A DNA stretch of 63,145 nt, counting the filler, from Octopus bimaculoides (taxonomy: Eukaryota), in NCBI RefSeq assembly GCF_001194135.2. It is 4 parts of 3 records of this genome, joined end to end, with 100 filler letters (N's around TTAATTAATTAA, not from the genome) between each part and the next. Parts side by side here need not be neighbours in the genome. Positions count along the whole stretch, not along the records: positions 24,415 to 54,903 come from NC_068998.1; positions 55,004 to 58,828 come from NC_069004.1; positions 58,929 to 63,145 come from NC_068983.1; 1 more part is not named here. One strand, 5' to 3'. Position numbers and translations under genes: made by a program. Shown one piece after another: positions 52,967 to 62,012 of the stretch. Position 1 is the stretch's first letter. Each line of letters opens with the position of its first letter. The notes beneath the pieces are model-generated. The model worked only from the letters and a program-made list of their open reading frames with translations. It did not search any database and had not been told where the DNA came from.

Positions 52967-54565
52967 NNNNNNNNNNNNNNNNNNNNNNNNNNNNNNNNNN
53001 NNNNNNNNNNNNNNNNNNNNNNNNNNNNNNNNNNNNNNNNNNNNNNNNNNNNNNNNNNNNNNNNNNNNNNNNNNNNNNNNNNNNNNNNNNNNNNNNNNNN
53101 NNNNNNNNNNNNNNNNNNNNNNNNNNNNNNNNNNNNNNNNNNNNNNNNNNNNNNNNNNNNNNNNNNNNNNNNNNNNNNNNNNNNNNNNNNNNNNNNNNNN
53201 NNNNNNNNNNNNNNNNNNNNNNNNNNNNNNNNNNNNNNNNNNNNNNNNNNNNNNNNNNNNNNNNNNNNNNNNNNNNTATATATATACATATGAAGGACAT
53301 CCAGCTGTAGAAACTCTGCCAAATCAGATTGGAGCCTGGTGTAGCCATCTGGTTTTACCAGTCCTCAGTCAAATCGTCCAACCCATGCTAGCATGGAAAG
53401 CGGACGTTAAACAACGACGATATATGACAGGTTCCTTTCAGTTTCCGTCTACTGAATCCACTCATAAGGCTTTGGTTGGTCCAGGGCTATAATAGAAAAC
53501 ACTTGCCCAAGGTGCCATGCTGGGGACTGAACCTGGAACCATGTGGTTAGGAAGCAAACTTCTTATCACACAGCCACATATGCAGACATGTATCACTAGG
53601 TATATGTATGTACTTGTGTGTACATATGTATGTATGTATGTCTCATTATTTCCAAGTGTACATCATTTACCCCTATGATTGACTTCTACCCTTCTAACCC
53701 ATATTACTCACCCCTTTAACACTTCTCCCTTTTGTCATTCATTTGTGTCACTCAATTGCTTCTATTCCTTTCATCCATGTAAAAATCTGTCTTGCTTCTT
53801 GCATCCATGCCCCATGTCATTCATCCCTCAGTCACAATCGCTCCTAATATTAATAAGGATAAATGGTAAAGACCCCCTTCAGTTATGAATGACCATGGGA
53901 TTACAACTAAAAAGTTGCCCTCCGAGGCTCAAGTCTGGGCAAGGTTGTTAATGAAAGACCAGCAGTTGCCCATGCAGACCAGCCACCCCTCTCCACATCT
54001 CTGATGTTATCTGATGGTAAGGAAAAAGGCCAATACATCTTGGCACCAGTGATGTTGCAACTCATTTCTACAGCTGAGTGAACTGGAGCAATGTGAAAAT
54101 AAAGTGTCTTGCTCAAGAACACAACACACAGCTTGGTCCGGGAATCAAACTCACTACCTCATGATTGTGAACTCATGATTGTTATGAGAAAGGCAGCAAA
54201 CTGGCAGAATCATTAGCATGGATTTCTTCCCACTCTTTATTTTTCAAGGTCAACTTTACCTTTCATCCTTTTGGGGTCAATAAAATAAAATACCAGTCAA
54301 GTACAGGGGTTGATGTAATTGATTATCTCCTCTCCTAAAATTGCTGGCATTGTGCCTAATTTGGAACTTATTTGTTATGAGAAAAGAAAGAGATGCAAAA
54401 ATGATGATATTCTGCTGTGAATAGGAGATGAATATTTCTCTTTTTATAATATTTCACATTTTCTCTTTGCAGCCCATTACAAGTACGAATACTGAATGAC
54501 AAAATGATACAACTGGAGAGAACTTTTATTGATCCTGAAGGAATAATTGGCAAAAGACAATACAA
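28080..54565 (+). CDS. Partial multi-exon gene: M28B metallopeptidase, glutamate carboxypeptidase II / NAALADase-like (most similar in motif style to NAALADL1); C-terminal half only
   Basis: Six exons with AG/GT boundaries translate to motifs collinear with GCPII/PSMA: [60 protein letters not shown]. Phases are compatible across the first five exons. Orthology within the family is not resolved. Confidence 0.93.
30990..32830 (+). mobile_element. 5'-truncated, degraded R4/Dong-like (R2 superfamily) LINE
   Basis: RT motifs ([11 protein letters not shown]; HLLYMDDL-like), a zinc-knuckle/REL-like region, C-terminal [13 protein letters not shown], then 3' UTR and (AAT)n tail; many stops and frameshifts. 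Confidence 0.85.
34749..34831 (+). CDS. NAALADase-like exon (83 bp, phase 0/2): [27 protein letters not shown](K)
   Basis: Pyrimidine tract plus ctcag acceptor, gtaagt donor; LYDNW matches GCPII LYESW / NAALADL1 IYDNW. Confidence 0.9.
35581..38254 (+). mobile_element. hAT transposon (Buster/Charlie, ZBED5/SCAND3-like transposase pseudogene) with a nested SINE
   Basis: TIRs cagtgtttcc(c)aac / gttgggaaacactg; 8-bp TSD gtctacct / atctacct. Disrupted transposase runs from ATG 35983 ([20 protein letters not shown]..., [17 protein letters not shown]) to ...HQAQGSH* at 38120. Confidence 0.93.
39590..40440 (-). mobile_element. Degraded, internally deleted Tc1/mariner-superfamily transposon
   Basis: Minus-strand fragments [19 protein letters not shown]... 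(N-terminal) and ...[21 protein letters not shown] (C-terminal) resemble Tc1/maT-type transposases. Boundaries approximate. Confidence 0.6.
40972..41246. repeat. Near-perfect 83-bp inverted repeat formed by two head-to-head SINE segments
   Basis: 40972-41054 is the reverse complement of 41164-41246 at 82 of 83 positions; spacer is 109 bp. The + copy has tRNA-like A/B boxes (tagcttagtggttagg; gagtttgattcc). Confidence 0.95.
41725..41943. mobile_element. piggyBac-type non-autonomous element (~210 bp)
   Basis: TTAA on both flanks; TIRs ccttttagcattt / aaatcctaaaggg. Confidence 0.7.
42231..43545 (+). mobile_element. 5'-truncated RTE-clade LINE, relatively young, spanning an N gap
   Basis: Stop-free frame [19 protein letters not shown]...[11 protein letters not shown]...[14 protein letters not shown]...MLHGSETW; family 3' UTR and (GAT)n tail. 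Confidence 0.9.
44290..44510 (+). mobile_element. Octopod SINE family B (other copies: ~16580-16800 +, ~16810-17180 +, ~27760-27960 -, ~34860-35220 +, ~39180-39400 -, ~40480-40660 -, ~45780-45960 +, ~49540-49710 -, ~54190-54370 +)
   Basis: ggcagtaagctggcagaatcattaac...gagttcaaattc...gactttgcctttcatcc...ggccttgtgccaaaatttgaa is repeated throughout the window. Confidence 0.85.
44554..44647 (+). CDS. NAALADase-like exon (94 bp, phase 2/0): (K)[31 protein letters not shown]
   Basis: ccctag acceptor, gtaagt donor; LGSGSD motif of M28B peptidases. Confidence 0.95.
47047..47177 (+). CDS. NAALADase-like exon (131 bp, phase 0/2): [43 protein letters not shown](C)
   Basis: ttctag acceptor, gtaagt donor; YPxYH carries the Zn-ligand His. 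Too short for the supplied ORF track; translated by hand. Confidence 0.95.
47497..47716. mobile_element. Mariner-derived MITE, same family as 11414-11630
   Basis: Collinear similarity over its whole length; right TIR decayed. Confidence 0.75.
48663..49300 (-). mobile_element. 3' fragment of a related Buster-like hAT element
   Basis: Minus-strand ORF ends ...HQAQGSH*, identical to the C-terminus of the 35581 element; a TIR-like tagtgtttc...ggcccc lies near 48663. Boundaries approximate. Confidence 0.7.
51587..51711 (+). CDS. NAALADase-like exon (125 bp, phase 2/1): (C)[41 protein letters not shown]
   Basis: ttgcag acceptor, gttagt donor; matches GCPII LANSIVLPFDCRDY...TYSVSF. Confidence 0.9.
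51830..52520 (-). mobile_element. Degraded CR1/Jockey-group LINE 3' fragment
   Basis: Minus strand [44 protein letters not shown]. Confidence 0.65.
54473..54565 (+). CDS. NAALADase-like exon (93 bp, phase 2/2): [30 protein letters not shown](K/N); TfR-like dimerisation domain
   Basis: tttgcag acceptor, gtgagt donor; matches GCPII [31 protein letters not shown]. Confidence 0.95.
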
Positions 54566-54599
54566 GTGAGTCAGGCTTGTTTTAGAAGTATATATATAT

Positions 54600-54880
54600 A
54601 TTACCGATATCCAAACTACAGTGGAGAAGGCTAGCCACTGGATTTGGTTAAAAAGAGACGATGAGCGATGGCTAGAGAAATATTGAGCTTTGTTTAATAA
54701 TCAGTTGATCTAGCAAGCGGGGATTCATATCAGTGAGGGGGGCCGGTGCGCATTGATGCTGTCGAGAGGTAGGCCCCGAAATGGCGTGCATTCTCTCCTG
54801 ATGACCCCATACACTTGCTGGCTTCCGGTATGCGGAATTCTTGACTGGTAGCACTTGCATGTGCAAGTTGTTTGCAAGAC
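54600..54880 (+). mobile_element. Extreme 3' end of a HERO-like (R2 superfamily) non-LTR retrotransposon
   Basis: QTTVEKASHWIWLKRDDERWLEKY* matches the AEKASxWLWLKR C-terminal hallmark; a GC-rich 3' UTR follows. Confidence 0.6.
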
Positions 54881-55072
54881 ACATATATATATATATATAT
54901 ATANNNNNNNNNNNNNNNNNNNNNNNNNNNNNNNNNNNNNNNNNNNNTTAATTAATTAANNNNNNNNNNNNNNNNNNNNNNNNNNNNNNNNNNNNNNNNN
55001 NNNGGTTGTCCCCCCACCCCACCATGGCCCCCTCGATGAACCAGTAAATGCATACCTGTACCGTAGCTTCCC

Positions 55073-55106
<34 letters not shown>

Positions 55107-55823
55107 TCTTTTTCTCTCTTACCAACCTACCGCCGTCAAATTGTGGTTCCTTTGAACTTCTCACACACATTGTTCGCCATGTCAACACCGCCAGAATTCT
55201 CATCCCTCAACGACAATCTCGACCCCTTTTTCTCACCCCCACCCAACCCCCAAATCTCTCACTCTCTCTCTCCCTTCCTTTCTCTCCTATCTCCGTCTCT
55301 CTCTCACTTTTTTCACTGTTATTCTTATCGTTACGACTGTCTTCTGTTGTGTTGTGGCATTGTTTTGCCATAAGACTGACAAATAGATACACGTGCAAGT
55401 ATATATACACACCTATACACATTCATTATATTCATACATACATGTATACAGAGAGAGTGAGAGAGAGAGAGAGAGAGAGGGAGGAGAGAAAGGATGGAAA
55501 GACGCGCAGACAGATAGCTACTTATACACCCACATATGTTTGCGTGTGTGAATATGTATACACATACATAGATGTAAATGTATATATATATATATACATC
55601 CATACATACAAGCATATATAAGGTAGTGCTCCAACATGACCGCAGCCGTATGGCTGAAACGAATAAAAGAATACATACAAGAATGAGTCCTGGGGTGGAT
55701 TTGTTCGACTAAAACCCTTTATGGCAGTGCTCCAGCATGGCCGCAGTCAAATGACTAAAGCAAAAGAGTAACAGAATATACACATTCAGAGAGAGAGATA
55801 AATAGACAGACAGACTGCCTGGC

Positions 55824-55865
<42 letters not shown>

Positions 55866-55866
55866 G

Positions 55867-55898
<32 letters not shown>

Positions 55899-56469
55899 AA
55901 TGCATTAGTGCGAACATAGAAATGTAGACACGCGTATTTTGAATAGATATATATTTATCAACAAAGAATATTGGTGAAACAATCCCATCGAAAGTTCTGC
56001 CATGATCAAACTGAACCGGCTTGGAACAATTGGAACAAGAAGGAAAAAGGAAAATAACGTATAGTGCCAAGAATGTGAAACCAATATGTACTTTGTAGAT
56101 ACCATCTGTCGACATAGCAATAATTATATGTAAGATTTGTTTTAAGTTCTCCATGTCACTAGTTTTATTATAGCAATTCAAGTATTGGAATTTCTTACAT
56201 ACAGAAAGAATTCAATTAATTAAAGAGATATGACATAGAAATATAGCATAAATATACAGGGTTGGCCAAAAGTCACCTGACAGTAAATCAAATCCATTTA
56301 ATTTCAAGATTTATTTATGTTTAACAACTGAATGAATTTAATAAAAGCATCTCAATATGAAACATCAGGAAAATTGTTCAAACTGAAGTCCTTCTTGAGC
56401 GACACATTTTTCCATTCCAGTCAATACAGAATTACAGATAGTATTTATGGAATATTGATTTACTCCCAA

Positions 56470-58120
56470 ATTGGCTTGCTACAGCAAGGACAAATCTTGT
56501 TGCCAAAAATGAAGATGGCAGGAAACTACAGGCCCATTGCTTGCCTAAACATTATGTACAAACTGTACTCAAATTGCCTCAACCAATTCCTCCAGGACCA
56601 TTGTGAGTCGAACAACATTGTGACTGATGGACGGGCTGGTGGAAAGAAGGGAATATGGGAATGTGCTGAACAACTTTCAATAAACAAAGCTGTACTGTCT
56701 GAAGTAAGAAAACAACGCAGAAACCTTGTGACAGTATGGCTTGACTATAAGAAGGCATTTGACTCTATCCTTCATTCATGGCTATTGAAGTTCCAACATC
56801 TGGCAAAGGTACCTACTACCTTTATTACTGCTATAGGGAGACTGACAAAGATATGGACAACTATTCTTATCCTTACAACTGAGAAGAGAATAATTATTTC
56901 TGATAGTATAGGCATTTCAAAGGGAATGTTCCAGGGAGATAGTCTTTCTGTACTTCTTTTCATTTTGGCACTGAATCCATTATCTTCCTACTGCAAAAAC
57001 AAATGGTTACATGCTAGGATCTTCAACTGCTACAAATATCAATGTAACTCATAATTTCTTTGTAGACGACCTGGAGATTTATGCTAAAAGTGTTAACAAT
57101 ACCAAAAAACAACTGGAATTAATAAGGACAATTTCAGCTGATACAGGCATGGAATTTGGCCGAAAGAAATGTTCATATTTGGTTATAGAACGAGGTAAGT
57201 CAGTCCCCCAAACCCAAAACCTGTGCATCAACTGTCTCTCTATCTCCCCCATTCCACACAATGAATGTTACAAGTACCTAGGCATAGATGAAAACTCTCT
57301 TCCTGATGATCTCCTATACAGCCCCAGAACAACTGGGCTCTCTTACCCCTGAGAAGACGTGGATGGAAAGCACTCAGCATACAATAAAAGACCATGCATG
57401 GCTATGTTACCCGGAAGCTTGAAGAAGACAGTAAAATTAACACGAAGCGCAGCCTCTTTTGGACACAAGACCACTTCATCACACTTTGAAGGCTATGCGT
57501 TTGCAATCCAAGAACAGGAGATTGCCACAAGGTATCTGGTAAACAAAAGAGGCAGTAACGTTCTTCTAATCCCAAGGTGCAACCGCATGTGTAGGCCATG
57601 TCATGTTTCTGTGGAAGACATTATGCATATGATTAGCAGCTGTCCTAAAATGTGGTCACGGTACTGCCTACCTATGCTAAAACAATTTAAAATGCCATCC
57701 GCAAAAAAGACTGTCCTGAAATAAACTTAGAAAATCCCTCTGTTATGGAATGCATTCATAAACACCAACTCAAGGAATACTGGTGGAATATTCCCATCAA
57801 ACCTTCTGTCAAATGTAAGCATAACAGGGTGGATATTGTTGTTTAGGACAGAGGGACAAAGGTATGTACCATCATAGAGGTCAGTTGCCCTGCAGATATA
57901 AATATCCCTTTGGAAATCAAAGAAAAAGAGGATATGTATGGACAACTGCTTCGAAACCTCCAACTTCTATATCCAGACTATGAATTCACATACATTACTA
58001 ATAATAATTGGAGCACTAGATTTTGTCAGTAAATGCTTAAAGGAGAATCTAGATAAACTGGGATTTTCAGAAAGAGAAATAGACCGGCTGATCTGTACAT
58101 TACAAGTTCCAAATGTTCTT
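56470..58120 (+). mobile_element. Degraded R4/Dong-like LINE (RT plus REL endonuclease remnants)
   Basis: ORFs 56332-57054 and 57011-57352: NYRPIACLNIMYKLY, WLDYKKAFDSI, FQGDSLSVLLF, FFVDDLEIY; followed by AFAIQEQEI and a Cys/His knuckle. Confidence 0.9.
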
Positions 58121-58239
58121 TTGTCTGTGTTAACTACACACCAAAGATGGAGCCTTGTATCTTTGTTGGAAACCGGCTCCCTCTTCAGTGAAAGATTTAT
58201 AATAATTAAAATACAGGAGATATACATACATACATACCA

Positions 58240-58620
58240 CCTTTAAAAGCAAGGAATAATGGTGAAACACCCCAATAAAAACAACCATTCGGTGTAAATA
58301 TAACAGACCTCATATTGTTCTGTGGGACAGGGAACAAAAGTCATGCACTGTTGTAGGGGTCAGCTGCCCAGCAGATGTGAATATACAATCAAAAGTCCAG
58401 GAAAAAGAGAAATTTATGGCGAATTAATGCGGAACTTATAGCTCTTGTACTCTCACTACAAATTCTCATTTCTACAATCATGATAGATGTATTAGGTTAT
58501 GTACCAAAATTTGCACAAAACCTAGAAATATTAAGTTTCCCTAAGACGAGCAAAAGTAACTGATTTGGATCCTCCAAATGCACTCTAGTGGACTTGTCAG
58601 ACATTCCAAAGATTCTCTAT
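58240..58620 (+). mobile_element. Second, diverged REL-domain fragment of the same LINE clade
   Basis: WWNTPIKTTIRCKYNRP...VSCPADVNI parallels the sequence at 57780-57900. Confidence 0.65.
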
Positions 58621-58648
58621 CAGTGACTCTTTATATATACATATATAT

Positions 58649-59060
58649 GGGGGAATATACAAATAATAACAAAAAATAAGACGAGGACAGGTGGTGTAAA
58701 TAACAAAAGGATATATTAGTATGACGCTCGGGAATACGGAAAGTCTTTGACGTTTCGAGCTACGCTCTTCAACAGAAAGAATACGGAGACAAGGAGAAAA
58801 ACACGGAGAAAAAAAATTGAGAAAAAAANNNNNNNNNNNNNNNNNNNNNNNNNNNNNNNNNNNNNNNNNNNNTTAATTAATTAANNNNNNNNNNNNNNNN
58901 NNNNNNNNNNNNNNNNNNNNNNNNNNNNCCATCAATGTTTTGTAAATATACCACGATGTGAATGACTGTGTTTACTTGCACGTGCATACGTTTGAGAGAG
59001 CGAGAGAGGAAGAGGGGGAGAAATGAATAGAGATTGAGAGCAATGTGTATGTTGTTGTCA
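58649..59060 (-). mobile_element. Penelope-like element pLTR-type repeat carrying the minimal hammerhead (related pieces at ~50390-50640 + and ~50650-50745 -)
   Basis: Shared gacgctcggga and ctgttgaagagc...gctc motifs among the copies; interrupted by an assembly spacer. Confidence 0.5.
58744..58780 (-). ncRNA. Minimal Penelope-type (type I, dimer-forming) hammerhead-like motif
   Basis: Minus strand UCUUU / CUGUUGA / A / GAGC-gua-GCUC / GAAAC-GUC cleavage / AAAGA: perfect 5-bp stem I, 4-bp stem II, palindromic ACGU in place of stem III; one core deviation (A6 to U). Confidence 0.6.
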
Positions 59061-59950
59061 CAGGTCAAGTATGTGTGGTTGTGTGTGTTTTTACGTATCT
59101 ATGTTATGAAAAATAGGTAAAGAATACTGAGATGAAAGTTTAATCTATGACGTTGTATGTATCACTTTCTCTCTCTCTCCCTCTACCTCTTTAACTCTTA
59201 CTCTCTATATTTTTATGTTGAGCGCGTGTGTAAGAATTGCGTTCCAGGTAGAAGGGATGAAATATAAAAGTTGCTAGAGTATTGAGGATCTTGTAATGAG
59301 ACAGATGTACAGAGATAGCTCGGAGGGTGGATAACTAAACGCGAAGAGAAGTAGGTATGTTAATCAGAAGCAAAGAAGTGTAGCTTGAGTTGGGCAGAGG
59401 TACAGATAAACGAGGAAATAATCAAAGGGTGACAGAGGAAGCGAAGAAATAAGAGGAAACAAAGAAAGGAAACAAGAAGGTTAGGACTGCTGATAGGGTG
59501 AGGTCAGCCGATGTAAGATTCCACTCTCACCGAACAAGTATTATAAATTAAATTAATGCAAAAGATAGAGTGGGCAGAGATGATCCAACGAAAGACTTTT
59601 TAATTACATTTATAAAAATAACGTTGCTGTTCTGGGTTCGATATCCACCATGGGAACTTGCTATTTTTATAGGCGCAGATGTGGCTGTGTGGTTGAGAAG
59701 CTCGTTTGCCAACCATGTAGTCTTCGGTTCAACCCCACTGCACCACACTTTCAGAAAATGACATCTCCTATAACCCTGGACCGACCAAAATCGTGTGAGT
59801 GGATTTGGTAGAAGGAAACTGAAAGAAGCCCGTTAAATATATACATATACATATATCGTCAGTAAATAATAAATGCGGAAGATAAGCGCACCCTAAGTTA
59901 AAGTTATAGAACAGTACTGTATTTAGATAAAGATAGTTATGACTGGTTTA

Positions 59951-60014
59951 TAGCGTTACCCAAAGTTTCGCGTCCATAAAGCGCTTAGCTTTACACGTGT
60001 CTTGTCAGACCCTA
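59951..60014 (-). ncRNA. Degenerate type I hammerhead-like motif at the edge of a long inverted repeat
   Basis: Minus strand UAGGGU / CUGACAA / long stem II / CGC GAAAC-uuugg-GUA cleavage / ACGCUA. The opposite-arm copy at 60432-60444 (+) reads UAGGGU-CUGAUGA, i.e. an intact core. Confidence 0.4.
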
Positions 60015-60487
60015 ATGGCCGGTGGCCTATAACCTCCCTTCAAAACGGATGGATAAAAGGTCTCGTGGCTAGTTATTGAACACGCAGACAAAAGTGAATG
60101 GTCAAACGCAAGGGATTGTCTCTCTGAGACCATTATTCGGAATCCACCCTGTCACCTTGCGGGTTCCAGAATTTAATAGGGGACCTGAAGATGTTCCCCT
60201 CGACCGGGGGAACATATTATATTACAGGACGGAAGCCTACGATCCTGCTTACACTTCAGACGATTCCTACAGAAATTTTGTGACCCGCAAGCTGCCCGGG
60301 TAGATTCTGGATAATGGTCTAAGGGAGATAATTCCTTGTGCTTGACCTTTCTCTTTTGTCTTAGTGCTCAATAACTAGCCACGAGGCCTTTCTCCCTCCG
60401 TTTTCAAGGGAGGTTACAAGCCACCGGCCATTAGGGTCTGATGAGACGCATGTAAAGCTAACCACTTTATGTCCATAAAGCGGTTAG
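59972..60487. repeat. ~500-bp imperfect foldback (rod-like inverted repeat) with a 17-bp terminal direct repeat
   Basis: Arm 59975-60149 pairs with 60298-60471. Inner stems are 60156-60164/60283-60291 and 60191-60199/60207-60215. gtccataaagcg(c/g)ttag recurs at 59972 and 60471. Confidence 0.85.
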
Positions 60488-61089
60488 AGTTTTAATCAAT
60501 TTTCTCGGTAACTATGGGGGCTAGGAAAAAACTACAAACTGCTTTCCAATCTATGCCCCAGTCTCCACATGTGTGACAATTTTCATGCGAATCCACCAAG
60601 CCGTTTGGTAGTGAACCTCAAGACAAGAAAGAATACAACGTTTGCCCATGTCAAATTTATATTATAGATGACTGAATAAATAAACAAATAAATAGGTATA
60701 GAAAATATGTCTTAGAGGTATATTTGGGTGGGCTGGCTTATATTCAGCCAGGAAATAGTCAAAAGGCAGAATGATCTAATGATTTAATATGGGGAATACA
60801 ATGATTTAGTTCGCTGCAGATAAAATGATACGCTTATATTTATTATTTGCATTACTCAGCTAGAAAAAAAAAAAAGAAAATAATAAAGATATATGAAATA
60901 AAGCTAAAATTTATATTAGGGAGAGAATGTAAGGTAAAATGGTTATAATAGAAACACACATATTACGAAGAAAAACAGAAAGATAGAAACATATAGACAC
61001 TGAATAATTCATATATATATATATATATGCAAATGCACAAAGGTACAGCACACACATATACAAATACATATAGCCATGTTTATGTACGA

Positions 61090-61218
<129 letters not shown>

Positions 61219-62012
61219 CTCATGGATTTGTTTGCAAGAACAAACATTCGAAAGAACATAAATATTTGCGAAAATATTTATACACACAAGTCTATGGATA
61301 AGAATGGCGATATAAATATGGGAAGTCCGTCGTGTAGAAGGCAGCTGGACTGGAAATGAATAATACTCAACAACAATATGGACGCACAGTTGCAAGCAAA
61401 TAATTTGCATACTTAAACAGACACATGTACAAATATATGCAATATGTGCTTCGCCAAACAGGACATACATAAACGCGTGTTCATTCATATATATTAAGCC
61501 CTCACAAAGAAATATGCTGATGCACATATATACATTCCTACAGATGAAGAAATTTAAATATACATAAAACGGCAGACACATAGCTTTACAGATAAATCTA
61601 AGTTGTGAAAGAACATGTGTAGATTTACAAGTTTATGTATATTTAAGTATGTGTATGTATATATATATATATTCACACGCACATTTGGGCGTGTGTGTTC
61701 CTACATCAATGTATGCATTCGCATCTTTTACTTGTTTCACTCATTAGATTGAGGTAACGCTGGGGCACTGCCCTGAAAAATTTTAGGTAAACGAATCGAC
61801 CCCAGTACTTATTTTTTAAAAGCAAGGTACTTATTCTACACCTCACTTTTACCGAACTGCTAAGTTACCTGAGATGTAACAAATTAGAGCAGCTAAAACA
61901 ATGATATCGACAGTGAATTTCTTTCACACGACACAAGCACCACTCTGTTCTGGCCTGCCCATCCTTGAAATAGAGATGAACCCATTGAGTTAAAGAGAAA
62001 TCAATATTAGTA

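Noticed and set aside
54770-54812. GAAA...CTGATGA in the HERO-like 3' UTR as a hammerhead
   Set aside because: Stem II does not pair (cccc versus cccc) and only 5 nt are available for stem I.
60076-60303. 75-aa ORF inside the rod-like foldback as an encoded protein (obelisk/delta-like)
   Set aside because: TTG start, short, no recognisable motif; an expected by-product of a GC-richer island.
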